DNA from: an uncultured Chitinophagaceae bacterium
Lineage (GTDB): Bacteria; Bacteroidota; Bacteroidia; Chitinophagales; CAIOSU01
Direction of reading: 5' to 3'
DNA: 64,000 nucleotides
Assembly (NCBI GenBank): GCA_964543705.1
Contig: CAZIZP010000018.1
Coordinates: forward strand, 12,107 to 76,106
The notes beneath the pieces are model-generated. The model was not told where the DNA came from and did no database searches. It worked only from the letters and a program-made list of their open reading frames with translations. The first letter of the stretch is position 1. Each line of letters begins with the position of its first letter. Position numbers and translations under genes: made by a program. This document shows, in pieces, positions 31,262 to 41,405 of this stretch.

Positions 31262-34200
31262 TTAAAATGTTCTATACAAACCAAACACCCAACGATTCGC
31301 AAAATTGTTTTGCCTCATTATTGTGCCATTGCTAACCCAAAACGGCATATCAAATCTTATGCTGAAAGGTTTAATAGTGCTATTCTTTCCCCAACGTTTA
31401 ATATTGAAAACTATACCCGCACCTGCATCGGCTAAAAGTGTTTCTTCAAAGTTGGGAACATAAGGTAATTCAGGAAGTGCGGCCAAAGTATTCACACCTT
31501 GATTTCTTCCAATTCCTGCATCGGCAAATAAGTAGAAATCTATGTGCAGCCAGTTCTTAAATTTCTTAGGCTGCAATTTTATTAAGCCATCTAAATCTAA
31601 TTCAGCATTTAACGCTGCACCACTTGATGCCAAAGCATAGCCTACACCATTATTTTGAAACGATAATGGTTGCATTCCTGCAGAACCTCTCAAATTCAAT
31701 CCACCACTTTGCTGAAAGCTGAACATAGACTGATTATTAATTGAAGCAGGTGGTACATAACCTTTCGAACGCAACAAGGCATAATCCATCAATTCTTCAT
31801 TATTAGCACCTGTATAGCTTAGTGCCGATTCATAAGGAATATTGTTGCCAAACCCATATCGCGCAAAAAAGCGGGTGCGCAATTCCAGTTTCCAGAATTT
31901 AGTGTAGTTAATTTTGGTAGCTTCTATAAAAGAGAAATCATAATCAGAAGCAATGCTGTTGCTGCGCAAAGTCATATTCAACTTACCGCTACCATGCTCA
32001 TAATTGTATTTATGATTCCATTCTATATTAACGCTGTTATTTATTCTTTCAGTTAACCAAAGACCATTTACAACATAAAAATTGGCATTCACTTTTGGTC
32101 TGATCATCAACTTCATATAAGCTGAAATGCTGCTGTTGCGAATCTTTTGAGTAAAACCGGTTCTATAAAATTCTAAACCTTCTACATACCCTGAAGTATA
32201 AAATACCGATAGCCCTTTAATGATTTTATTTAGTCCTGTTTCATATTCGACCCTATAATTTATAACATCTGTAACGGTGTTGTACTCGTTAAATCTGTAA
32301 TTATATCTTTCGGGGCTTCCTTGTGCCAATGTTGTTGGAAACCAAATACTCATGCTCACTTTGTGTTTGTATTGCATGTAGTCACCATTCAAATGCCAAC
32401 CCACTCTGAAGCCGTCAATAGCATTCCACCACAATTCGGGGCGAGTGTAAACATGATATTTTCGCCAGTTTAACGGTTGGCGCAAACGTTTGTCCCAATG
32501 CCATTGCGTGTGTGAGCGAATGGAATTGTTGGTCATATCAATATCTGCCAAACGATTGCTGGGGTCTATAATAACCTCTTTAATTTTTGCTGAAGTTTGA
32601 ATAGTGGCTGTGTAAGTAGGTTGGAGTTTTTGCCAGCCAATCCATCTTGGTAAAACTGTAGCAGTTGTTTGCTTTTCAAACCAAGTATTAGGAATATGAT
32701 AATGAAGTGTATCGTTGTTTTTTAGCACCACTGCAAAATCAATAGGCATTTGCATTTCGCCTTTTCTTTTAAACACAATTTGCGATGTTCGGTTTGTAAT
32801 ATTAGACTTGTCATCCCCCGTCACTCGCCCTCCGTCACTCGTCCCTTTTTTAATTCGGCTTACTTTATAATCAATAGTCTTAGTAGTCTCCATCCATTGA
32901 TCAAAAAACCAGTTTAAATCTACTTTGGTATATTGAGTGATACTGTTACGAAAATCTTCAGGATAAGGATGTGCCATTTTCCATTGGTTGAAATAATGTT
33001 TCATAGCATTTTGAAAAAGGGTATCACCTAAAACATATTGCAGGTTATAGAGCATAGTAGCCGTTTTGGAATATACATGTCGGTAACCGCCACCTTGCCT
33101 AATAGCACCATTAAACATATCGCTATGAGTATTCAAAGGCATATCGTCATATCTCACTGCATCTACCAAATAACCTAAATACCCACGAGTATCTCTTGCA
33201 GGAAGTTGTGGTACAGTATTCCATTTCTTTTCAGTTACTATTTCTGAAGAATCAGGCGGAATATTTTCTAACGCCCACACCGTAACAAACTGCGTGAAGC
33301 CTTCATCCATCATGGCTCTGTAAGTTTCGTTACTGCCAATCATACCATAAAACCAGTTGTGCCCCACTTCGTGTGCAATTAAACCTTTATTGCCCGGGTA
33401 TAAACCGCCACAAAGCGTAAGCATTGGATATTCCATACCATCGCGCGCATCGGCAACAATCATTTTAGGGTAAGCATATCTTCCGAAATCTTTAGAGAAC
33501 AACTCAATCACTTTTGCAGTATAATCGGCAACGGGCAACCAGTTGGCAGCATTTTGTTCTTGTACTAATGCAATGCACTGAACATCTTCCCAATAAGTTT
33601 CGCCAATACGGTAAGTTGGGTCGGCAGTGAAGGCAAAATTGTGTACGTTTTCAGCATGGTATTTCCATGTTTTACGGGCAGTGCTATCGTAAGGAATAAT
33701 TACTGAAGGCTTAGAACCAATCGGCTTGTCTTTAAAATTGCTGATGTCTAATTTTTCCCGAAGAGAATCGGGTAATACTTCTTCTTTATTTTGCAACACT
33801 CCTGTGGCTTCTACTATAAAGTTCGATGCAAAAGTCAGCTCTACATCAAATGTTCCGAAGTTGGCATAAAACTCTCTGCCTAAGTGTTGGTCGGTGGTCC
33901 AGCCAAATTTGCTGTCATACACACACATAATCGGGTACCAGTGTGTGCCATCAAAATGCTTATTTCCGAAGGTTTTAAAAATTTTATTTCTTCTGCGCAC
34001 ATCGCCACTATCGTAATAAGTTTTAAAATTCACCTCAAAGTTGGTTGCAGTATTAGGCAGAATAGGTTTTTCTAATTTCACTTTGAAAATGGTATTGTCT
34101 AATTCCATTTTCATTTCTTTACCTTCATGCTTAAATGAAGCAACTTCAGTTCCTAAACACTGCGATTCATACTTTCCATATTTAGGATTTTGCTTATTAT

Positions 34201-34504
34201 TTATATGTAAATCATGGTAGTAGCTGCAAGGCTGAAAAGCATTTTCATACAAATGAAAAAACACTTCATACAAAGTGTCGGGCGAGTTATTCCAATAAGT
34301 CAACTGCATTTCGCCTGAAAGAATATCGGTTTTCTCACTGATGTCGGCTTTAATTTTATAGTGCACATCTTGTTGCCAGTAAGCAGCATTTGGTTTGCGA
34401 TTGCCCCAATAAAAAGGGTTTTCTTTACTGCGATAGAAATTATCTTGAGCTGTTAATAAAAGGTTAAATGCAGTAAATAAAAGAAGAAGTGTCGTTTTTT
34501 TCAT
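31262..34504 (-). CDS. M1 family zinc metallopeptidase with C-terminal extension
   Basis: GMEYP, HEVGHNWF...DEG (HEXXH-X18-E), signal peptide. Confidence 0.92.
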   Translation of the reverse strand: MKKTTLLLLFTAFNLLLTAQDNFYRSKENPFYWGNRKPNAAYWQQDVHYKIKADISEKTDILSGEMQLTYWNNSPDTLYEVFFHLYENAFQPCSYYHDLHINNKQNPKYGKYESQCLGTEVASFKHEGKEMKMELDNTIFKVKLEKPILPNTATNFEVNFKTYYDSGDVRRRNKIFKTFGNKHFDGTHWYPIMCVYDSKFGWTTDQHLGREFYANFGTFDVELTFASNFIVEATGVLQNKEEVLPDSLREKLDISNFKDKPIGSKPSVIIPYDSTARKTWKYHAENVHNFAFTADPTYRIGETYWEDVQCIALVQEQNAANWLPVADYTAKVIELFSKDFGRYAYPKMIVADARDGMEYPMLTLCGGLYPGNKGLIAHEVGHNWFYGMIGSNETYRAMMDEGFTQFVTVWALENIPPDSSEIVTEKKWNTVPQLPARDTRGYLGYLVDAVRYDDMPLNTHSDMFNGAIRQGGGYRHVYSKTATMLYNLQYVLGDTLFQNAMKHYFNQWKMAHPYPEDFRNSITQYTKVDLNWFFDQWMETTKTIDYKVSRIKKGTSDGGRVTGDDKSNITNRTSQIVFKRKGEMQMPIDFAVVLKNNDTLHYHIPNTWFEKQTTATVLPRWIGWQKLQPTYTATIQTSAKIKEVIIDPSNRLADIDMTNNSIRSHTQWHWDKRLRQPLNWRKYHVYTRPELWWNAIDGFRVGWHLNGDYMQYKHKVSMSIWFPTTLAQGSPERYNYRFNEYNTVTDVINYRVEYETGLNKIIKGLSVFYTSGYVEGLEFYRTGFTQKIRNSSISAYMKLMIRPKVNANFYVVNGLWLTERINNSVNIEWNHKYNYEHGSGKLNMTLRSNSIASDYDFSFIEATKINYTKFWKLELRTRFFARYGFGNNIPYESALSYTGANNEELMDYALLRSKGYVPPASINNQSMFSFQQSGGLNLRGSAGMQPLSFQNNGVGYALASSGAALNAELDLDGLIKLQPKKFKNWLHIDFYLFADAGIGRNQGVNTLAALPELPYVPNFEETLLADAGAGIVFNIKRWGKNSTIKPFSIRFDMPFWVSNGTIMRQNNFANRWVFGLYRTF

Positions 34505-34561
34505 GGCTCAAAAATCGTTAAAAGTATTGTATTGTTTCAGTTTGAAAATGGGCATAGTGCG

Positions 34562-34594
34562 AAAACAAAAATCCCCGCCTTTTCGGCAGGGATT
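34562..34594 (-). terminator. Terminator after queA
   Basis: AATCCC..GCC-TTTTC-GGCAGGGATT hairpin with a T-tract on the minus strand. Confidence 0.6.
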
Positions 34595-34618
34595 CAAATT
34601 GTATTTTTCAGTTAGTAA

Positions 34619-35665
34619 TTAAATAACCAACATAGCATCGCCATAGCTTAAAAACTTATACTTTTCTTTAATGGCAGTTTCGTAAGCCTTAATTAATAAA
34701 TCGTATCCACAAAAAGCAGCTACCATAATCATTACGCTCGATTTTGGCTGATGAAAATTACTTATCATACAATTGGCTATGCTGAAATCGTAAGGTGGAT
34801 GGATAAAGGTATTTGTCCAACCTTCAGAGGGTTTTAAATATTGCTGTGCAGAAACGGAAGTTTCAATAGCACGCATAACGGTAGTACCCACAGCACAAAC
34901 TTTTTTGTTTTTGTCTTTTGAAGTATTTACAATTTTAGAAGCTTCTTCAGGTATTCTGTAGTATTCAGCATCCATTTTGTGCTTCGATAAATCTTCAACA
35001 TCAATGGTTCTGAAAGTACCTAAGCCAACGTGTAAAGTAAGTTCTGCAAAGTTTACACCTTTAATTTCTAAACGCTTCAATAACTCTTCGCTAAAATGTA
35101 AACCAGATGTTGGCGCTGCCACAGCACCTTCTTCTTTCGCAAAAACCGTTTGATAGCGTTCCATGTCTTCAGGTTCAGTCTTGCGGGTAATGTATTTAGG
35201 TAAAGGACATTCACCCATGCTATATAATAAGCGCTTAAAATCTTCATACTTACTATCGTTTAAGAAGCGAATTGTTCTGCCTCTCGAAGTAGTATTGTCA
35301 ACAACTTCGGCAACCAAATCATCATCGCCAAAGTATAGTTTATTTCCAACACGGATTTTTCTTGCAGGGTCAACCAAAACATCCCAAAGCTTCATTTCGG
35401 CATTTAATTCGCGCAATAAGAAAACCTCAATTTTTGCACCTGTTTTTTCTTTCTTCCCATACATGCGCGCAGGAAATACTTTCGTATTGTTCAGTATTAA
35501 AGAATCACCATCATCGAAGTAATTTAAAATATCTTTAAACTTTTTATGGTGTATTTTTCCGGTGCTTCTTTCAACAACCATCAATCTGCACTCGTCTCTT
35601 TTAGGGTTAGGATACTGTGCAATCAGTGCTTCGGGTAACTTGTAATCAAATTGGGATAATTTCAT
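34619..35665 (-). CDS. queA: tRNA preQ1(34) S-adenosylmethionine ribosyltransferase-isomerase
   Basis: [46 protein letters not shown]; start at 35665. Confidence 0.96.
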   Translation of the reverse strand: MKLSQFDYKLPEALIAQYPNPKRDECRLMVVERSTGKIHHKKFKDILNYFDDGDSLILNNTKVFPARMYGKKEKTGAKIEVFLLRELNAEMKLWDVLVDPARKIRVGNKLYFGDDDLVAEVVDNTTSRGRTIRFLNDSKYEDFKRLLYSMGECPLPKYITRKTEPEDMERYQTVFAKEEGAVAAPTSGLHFSEELLKRLEIKGVNFAELTLHVGLGTFRTIDVEDLSKHKMDAEYYRIPEEASKIVNTSKDKNKKVCAVGTTVMRAIETSVSAQQYLKPSEGWTNTFIHPPYDFSIANCMISNFHQPKSSVMIMVAAFCGYDLLIKAYETAIKEKYKFLSYGDAMLVI

Positions 35666-35988
35666 GCCCGTAAAAAGTTTTGGAGGGCGAAAATACAATA
35701 ATTTGACTTTAAACAAGAAAATATTTTTTTCGGATAGAGCATTACTTTAAGCTCTAATAATATTTAAAGCCTGAAAAAAAGCTGTTTAAATTACATAGCC
35801 ATGATAAATTCGAAAAAATAATTTTTAACACAATGCGGCTATAAACAACTAAAGAAACAAAGGCTTTCAATAATAACTAACAAGTGTTAACTAATAAATA
35901 TTGTAACATTATTTGGCAGTATCAAAAATTCTGCTTTTTTTGCAAAAATTATAACTAGTAGTAACACTTAAATACATCTATCATATAT

Positions 35989-36897
35989 ATGGCAAAGTCA
36001 ACAGCAAAAAAAACTGTAAAATCAGCTGCTACCAAAAAAATAGCTAAGCCTGAAAAACCGGCAACTAAAAAGGTAACAGCAAAAAAAGCTGTAAAGAAAG
36101 AGGAAAAGAAAACTGCTGTTTCTAAAAAAGCCTCAGCAAAAGTTTCTGAAAAAGAAACAGTAAAAAAGGACAAATTATTAAAAGCCGAAAAAGACACTGT
36201 TGCAAAGAAAGCAAAGGCAACCAAGGTTGAAAAGCCGACATTAAAAGTTGAAAAAACTAAAAAAGCAGATAAAGAAGTTTCAAAGAAAAAAGGCAAGTCT
36301 AAGAAAGACGATGATGAAGAAGTTGAACCCATTGAAGTTGATGTAGATGTTGATGCTGTTGCCGATACCGATGATGATGAAGATATTGCTCCTGTAAAAG
36401 AAGTTGCTAAGCCAAGCAAAAGAAATAAAGGTAAACAGCCTAAGGTGAAAACTTTAACTGCTGTTACTATGCCTACTAATTATGTTATAGATGAAAATCC
36501 GGTAATTGAACGTAGTATTAGCGGCAGAAAATCATACAAAGTTGAATACACCATTAAATCTTCACCAGCAATACTATTTGATTTTGTTACTACCCCTTCC
36601 GGCTTAGTATTATGGTTTGCCGATAAAGTGGATATAAATGGCGATGATATTACATTTACCTGGAATGGTGCAGAAGAAAATGCCATTATTTTAGAATGGA
36701 TTGAAGAATATAGAGTAAGGTATCGCTGGGAATGGATGGAAGAAGATGAGTTTTTTCAGTTCAGGATTTACAAAAACGAAGTTACAAGAGATACAATTCT
36801 TGAGATTACCGATTTTGCTGATGAACGTGAAATTCCTGATCAAATTCGATTATGGGATAGCCAGATTAAACGCTTAATGCACTCTATTGGCAGCTAA
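35989..36897 (+). CDS. START-like (SRPBCC) domain protein with an N-terminal K/A-rich histone-H1-like tail and acidic linker
   Basis: aa 1-105 are K/A/T-rich; DDDEEVE...DTDDDED linker; C-terminal YTIKSSPAILFDFVTTPSGLVLWFADKV...LEITDFAD. Confidence 0.8.
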   Translation: MAKSTAKKTVKSAATKKIAKPEKPATKKVTAKKAVKKEEKKTAVSKKASAKVSEKETVKKDKLLKAEKDTVAKKAKATKVEKPTLKVEKTKKADKEVSKKKGKSKKDDDEEVEPIEVDVDVDAVADTDDDEDIAPVKEVAKPSKRNKGKQPKVKTLTAVTMPTNYVIDENPVIERSISGRKSYKVEYTIKSSPAILFDFVTTPSGLVLWFADKVDINGDDITFTWNGAEENAIILEWIEEYRVRYRWEWMEEDEFFQFRIYKNEVTRDTILEITDFADEREIPDQIRLWDSQIKRLMHSIGS

Positions 36898-36956
36898 TTT
36901 AACAGATAAATGCAGATTTATTTATAAAAATGTTTTACCTATCCAAAAGTAATTGC

Positions 36957-36964
36957 TATTTTTG
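36957..36964 (+). promoter_or_regulatory. -7 promoter element for rpsO
   Basis: TATTTTTG(CACC) about 35 nt before the ATG. Confidence 0.65.
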
Positions 36965-36999
36965 CACCTCTAAAGAAATAAAATAAAGATTGTATTAAA

Positions 37000-37269
37000 A
37001 TGAGTCTTACAAAAGAAAGAAAGATTGAAATCTTTAAAGAATACGGTGGTAAAGATGTAAATACCGGTTCAACAGAAGCACAAATAGCCATGTTTAGTGA
37101 GCGTATTGCTCACATTACACAGCATCTTAAAGGAGCAAAGAAAGACTATTCATCTACTCGTGCGCTTATAATGCTGGTTGGAAAAAGAAGACGCTTATTG
37201 AATTATCTCGCCAAAAAAGATATCAATGCCTATCGCGCTTTAATAGCCAAGCTCGATTTGAGAAAATAA
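37000..37269 (+). CDS. rpsO: 30S ribosomal protein S15
   Basis: NTGSTEAQIA, LVGKRRRLLNYL. Confidence 0.97.
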   Translation: MSLTKERKIEIFKEYGGKDVNTGSTEAQIAMFSERIAHITQHLKGAKKDYSSTRALIMLVGKRRRLLNYLAKKDINAYRALIAKLDLRK

Positions 37270-37277
37270 AAAAAGAT

Positions 37278-37306
37278 AAAAGCCCAAAAGGGGCTTTTTC
37301 TTTTTT
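37278..37306 (+). terminator. Hairpin between rpsO and pnp
   Basis: AAAAGCCC-AAAAG-GGGCTTTTT. Confidence 0.65.
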
Positions 37307-37336
37307 ATCACATTTGTAAAAATTACCTTAGAAATT

Positions 37337-39472
37337 ATGAGTATTAATTTAGGAATAAAAAAGTCGTTCGACTTAGGTGACGGTCGTATGGTTGAAATTG
37401 AAACCGGAAAACTTGCAAAACAGGCTGATGGTTCGGTTGTTTTAAAAGTGGGTAACACAATGTTATTAGCTACAGCTGTTTCGGCAAAAGACGCAAAAGA
37501 TGGCGTGGATTTTATGCCACTTACGGTTGAGTACCAAGAGAAATATGCTTCATCCGGAAAATTTCCGGGTGGTTTCTTTAAAAGAGAAGCCCGTCCTTCA
37601 GAATATGAGATTTTAATCTCTCGTTTAATTGATAGAGCATTAAGACCTTTATTTCCAGATGATTATCATGCCGATACTCAAGTAATAGTTACACTTATTT
37701 CAGCAGAAAAAAACATAATGCCCGATGCTTATGCTTGTTTAGCAGCCTCGGCAGCATTAGCAGTTTCTGATATTCCTTTTAACGGGCCGGTTTCTGAGGT
37801 TAGGGTAGGACGTGTTGATGGTAAGTTTAAAATAAACCCTACCATTTCAGAAATGGAGCAATCTGATATAGATATGATCGTTGCTGGCTCTATAGAAAAC
37901 ATTGTAATGGTAGAAGGGGAAATGAAAGAAGTATCTGAAGAAGATATGGTAGAAGCCATTAAATATGCACATGAAGCCATTAGGGTTCAGTGTAATTTTC
38001 AATTAGAACTAGCTGAAGCCGTTGGAAAAAAAGATGTTTTCAGAGAATACAGCCACGAGAATAATGATGAAGAATTAAGAGCAAGAGTGAATGCTGAAAC
38101 TTCTCAAAAATTTTTTGAGGTTGCAGCTAAAGGCATTGCATCAAAATCTCAACGTAAAGAATTATTTGCCAAAGTAGAAGAAGAGTTTTTAGCATCATTA
38201 ACAGAAGAAGAATTAGCAGAAAAAGGTGGTTTGGCCAAAAAATATTTACACGATGCCCAAAACCAAGCCTGCAGAAATGCAATTTTAGAAACCGGAGTAA
38301 GATTAGACGGTAGAAAAACAAAAGATATTAGACCCATTTGGTGCGAGGTTAACTATTTACCTTCAGCCCACGGTTCGGCAATTTTTACACGTGGAGAAAC
38401 ACAATCGCTTACTACTGTTACCTTAGGAACCAAGTTAGATGAGCAATTAATTGATGGGGTAATTTTCGAGGGCACTAACAAGTTTATGTTACACTATAAT
38501 TTTCCGCCATTTTCAACAGGAGAGGCTAAGCCTTTAAGAGGAACGGGCAGAAGAGAAGTAGGACATGGTAATCTTGCGCTGAGAGCACTTAAAAATATGA
38601 TTCCAGAAACCCCCTATACTATTAGAGTAGTTTCTGATATTTTAGAATCAAACGGCTCTTCATCTATGGCAACTGTTTGTGCCGGAACTTTAGCTTTAAT
38701 GGATGCAGGTGTTCAAATTAAAAAGCCTGTTTCAGGTATTGCAATGGGGTTGATTACTGATGAAAAAAGTGGAAAATATGCTGTGTTATCTGATATTTTA
38801 GGCGATGAAGACCACTTAGGCGATATGGATTTTAAAGTGTGCGGTACTGATAAAGGTGTCACTGCCACACAAATGGATTTAAAAATTAACGGGCTTTCAT
38901 TCGAAACACTTACTGAAGCATTGCATCAGGCAAAAGAAGGCCGCTTACATATTTTAAGTAAGCTTACTGAGACTATTGCACAGCCTAATCCTGATTATAA
39001 ACCACATGCGCCAAGAATTATCTCTTTCAAAATTGATAAAGAATTTATTGGTGCTGTAATTGGTCCGGGCGGAAAAGTTATTCAGGAAATTCAAAGAGAA
39101 ACGGGTACTGTTATAACCATTGAAGAAGAAGGGAATTATGGTAATGTTTCGGTTTCTGCAGATAACAAACCTTCAATTGATAAAGCAGTTTCTTGGATTA
39201 AAGGTATAGTTGCACAGCCTGAAGTTGGCGAAACTTATGAAGGAAAAGTAAAGAGCATTCAGCCTTTTGGCGCTTTTGTAGAATTTATGCCAGGCAAACA
39301 AGGTTTGTTGCACATTTCTGAAGTTTCTTGGAGTCGTTTGGAAAATTTGGATGGAGTGTTAAGCGAAAATGATACCGTTAAAGTTAAGCTACTTGAAATT
39401 GACAAGAAAACAGGTAAGTTTCGCTTGTCAAGAAAAGTATTAATGCCAAAACCAGAAAAACCACAGGCATAA
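37337..39472 (+). CDS. pnp: Polyribonucleotide nucleotidyltransferase
   Basis: [36 protein letters not shown] and S1 domains. Confidence 0.98.
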   Translation: MSINLGIKKSFDLGDGRMVEIETGKLAKQADGSVVLKVGNTMLLATAVSAKDAKDGVDFMPLTVEYQEKYASSGKFPGGFFKREARPSEYEILISRLIDRALRPLFPDDYHADTQVIVTLISAEKNIMPDAYACLAASAALAVSDIPFNGPVSEVRVGRVDGKFKINPTISEMEQSDIDMIVAGSIENIVMVEGEMKEVSEEDMVEAIKYAHEAIRVQCNFQLELAEAVGKKDVFREYSHENNDEELRARVNAETSQKFFEVAAKGIASKSQRKELFAKVEEEFLASLTEEELAEKGGLAKKYLHDAQNQACRNAILETGVRLDGRKTKDIRPIWCEVNYLPSAHGSAIFTRGETQSLTTVTLGTKLDEQLIDGVIFEGTNKFMLHYNFPPFSTGEAKPLRGTGRREVGHGNLALRALKNMIPETPYTIRVVSDILESNGSSSMATVCAGTLALMDAGVQIKKPVSGIAMGLITDEKSGKYAVLSDILGDEDHLGDMDFKVCGTDKGVTATQMDLKINGLSFETLTEALHQAKEGRLHILSKLTETIAQPNPDYKPHAPRIISFKIDKEFIGAVIGPGGKVIQEIQRETGTVITIEEEGNYGNVSVSADNKPSIDKAVSWIKGIVAQPEVGETYEGKVKSIQPFGAFVEFMPGKQGLLHISEVSWSRLENLDGVLSENDTVKVKLLEIDKKTGKFRLSRKVLMPKPEKPQA

Positions 39473-39495
39473 TAATAATTTGTGCTGAATACATT

Positions 39496-39530
39496 AAAGC
39501 CGTAGTTGTTTAGCTACGGCTTTTGTTTTT
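39496..39530 (+). terminator. Terminator after pnp
   Basis: AAAGCCGTAG...CTACGGCTTTTGTTTTT. Confidence 0.75.
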
Positions 39531-39542
39531 TCATAAAAATCC

Positions 39543-39576
39543 GAAAGCCCCTAGTTGCAAGCAATGTCGGGGCTTT
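39543..39576 (-). terminator. Hairpin downstream of the tRNA-like RNA
   Basis: GAAAGCCCC...GGGGCTTTC. Confidence 0.55.
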
Positions 39577-39603
39577 CTTCACAATCAACCAACTTCTTCG
39601 TTG

Positions 39604-39716
39604 CTGTTGGGGAAGGGTTCGAACCTTCACGAGGCGGTTAGACCATATTTGGCTTTGTCCCAAGCTCCTCACCCTCGAGACCGGAGGGCATGTCTGCCTG
39701 TTTCATCACCCAACAG
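39604..39716 (-). ncRNA. tRNA-like RNA: GUC anticodon on a Leu/Ser-type body with a 43-nt variable arm
   Basis: Acceptor (C)TGTTGGG/CCCAACA(G); D arm ATG-AAACAGGCAGA-CAT; anticodon arm CCCTC-CGGTCTC-GAGGG; 43-nt variable region; T arm GAAGG-TTCGAAC-CCTTC. Confidence 0.8.
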
Positions 39717-39737
39717 TATGTTTAACTATTGATACGA

Positions 39738-39745
39738 CAAAGGTA
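39738..39745 (-). promoter_or_regulatory. -7 promoter element for the tRNA-like RNA
   Basis: TACCTTTG on the minus strand about 22 nt upstream of the acceptor stem. Confidence 0.6.
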
Positions 39746-39842
39746 AAAATAGGATGCATTTTTTGCAAATAATTTATTGATTATACTTAAAAAATACAGT
39801 ATTTATAATTTATCTTTGTTTTTTTTAAAAACTATTTAAAAA

Positions 39843-40322
39843 ATGAGTTTAAAACAACCTGAAAATTTCCAAATTGATAATGTTGACAGGCAAATAATTG
39901 CTTTACTAATGGAAGATGCGATGATGCCTTACACAGAAATAGCCAAAAAACTGTTTGTTTCAAGTGGAACAGTACATGTTAGAATGCGTAAAATGCATGA
40001 GATGGGTGTTATAAAGCGTTCAGAATTAATTATTAACCCTACTGCGTTAGGTTATGATATTACCGCGTTTCTGGGTATTTATCTGCAAAAAAGTTCTTTA
40101 TACAATCAAGTAGTAAAGGCTTTGCAAAAAATTCCGGAAGTAGTAGAATGTAATTACACAACCGGCAATTACAGTATGTTTGCCAAAATTATTTGCAGAG
40201 ATACAGCCCATTTAAAAGAAGTGCTGTCAGATAAAATTCAAGGTATTAATGGCATTGAACGCACTGAAACTTTTATTTCTTTAGAAGAAAGTTTTGACCG
40301 ACCGTTGAAAATTACTGATTGA
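39843..40322 (+). CDS. Lrp/AsnC family transcriptional regulator
   Basis: IDNVDRQIIALL...YTEIAKKL.VSSGTVHVRM HTH; YTTGNYSMFAKI. Confidence 0.92.
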   Translation: MSLKQPENFQIDNVDRQIIALLMEDAMMPYTEIAKKLFVSSGTVHVRMRKMHEMGVIKRSELIINPTALGYDITAFLGIYLQKSSLYNQVVKALQKIPEVVECNYTTGNYSMFAKIICRDTAHLKEVLSDKIQGINGIERTETFISLEESFDRPLKITD

Positions 40323-40339
40323 TAACGATAGTAAGTAAA

Positions 40340-41293
40340 CTACTTTCTTGCTTGTATTCGTGCTAAAGCAGCTACAATATTTTTTTCAATTCGCTCGTTG
40401 ATGTTGGTATTATCCTCTTTAATAAATTTTCTGCCTGTAACCTGTTCATACAGTTCGATATATCTGTTAGTAATGCTATCTACTACCTCATCTGTCATTT
40501 CTGGCACGGTTTGTCCTTCTTTACCCTGAAAATTATTTTCTATTAACCACTCTCTTACAAATTCTTTCGATAAATGTTTTTGTGGTTCACCTTTCGCCTG
40601 GCGTTCTTCATAGCCTTCAGCATAAAAGTAGCGCGATGAATCGGGTGTATGTATTTCATCCATTAAATAAATTAAACCATTTCTTCTTCCGAATTCATAT
40701 TTTGTATCAACTAATATTAACCCTCTTTCAGCAGCCATTTCGGTGCCTCTTTTAAATAAAGCACGAGTATTTCTTTCCAATTCTTCCCACTCTTTTTCAG
40801 TAACAATTCCTTTGGCTAAAATATCTTCTTTGCTAATGTCTTCATCGTGGCCTTCATCGGCTTTTACGGCAGGCGTAATTATTGGCTGCGGAAATTTATC
40901 ATGTTCTTTCATGCCTTCGGGCAGTGCTACGCCACATAGTTCTCTTAACCCGCTTTTATAAGTGCGCCATGCATGACCGGTTAAATATCCTCTAATTACC
41001 ATTTCAATTCTGATAGGTTCGCAACGATAACCAATAGCCACATTCGGATCGGGTGAGTCAATAAGCCAGTTTGGGCAAATATCTACACAAGCTTTCAAAA
41101 ATTTTGCTGCAATCTGATTTAGTACCTGCCCTTTATAAGGAATTGGGCGCGGAAGAATTACGTCAAAAGCTGAAATTCTGTCGCTGGCAATCATAACCAA
41201 CAAATCGTCATTTATGGTATACACATCGCGCACTTTTCCATGATACACACTCTTTTGACCCGGAAAATTGAAGTTGGTTTTGTAAATACTCAT
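40340..41293 (-). CDS. purC: Phosphoribosylaminoimidazolesuccinocarboxamide synthase
   Basis: [38 protein letters not shown]. Confidence 0.96.
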   Translation of the reverse strand: MSIYKTNFNFPGQKSVYHGKVRDVYTINDDLLVMIASDRISAFDVILPRPIPYKGQVLNQIAAKFLKACVDICPNWLIDSPDPNVAIGYRCEPIRIEMVIRGYLTGHAWRTYKSGLRELCGVALPEGMKEHDKFPQPIITPAVKADEGHDEDISKEDILAKGIVTEKEWEELERNTRALFKRGTEMAAERGLILVDTKYEFGRRNGLIYLMDEIHTPDSSRYFYAEGYEERQAKGEPQKHLSKEFVREWLIENNFQGKEGQTVPEMTDEVVDSITNRYIELYEQVTGRKFIKEDNTNINERIEKNIVAALARIQARK

Positions 41294-41405
41294 TGCTGAA
41301 AAAGTTATATTGCAAATTTAAGCCTAATTCTAGCAGAAATTTTATTCAGCGCTGTTAGCTTGTGAATATCATAATTTAATTACAAAGCAGAAAAATATTT
41401 CTTTA

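Noticed and set aside
35955-36419. 154-aa minus-strand ORF
   Set aside because: Antisense shadow of the K/A-rich N-terminus of the START-like gene.
39604-39716. Ordinary intron-containing tRNA-Asp or tRNA-Sec
   Set aside because: The extra sequence lies in the variable arm rather than the anticodon loop, the anticodon is GUC not UCA, and positions 33 and 37 are non-canonical.
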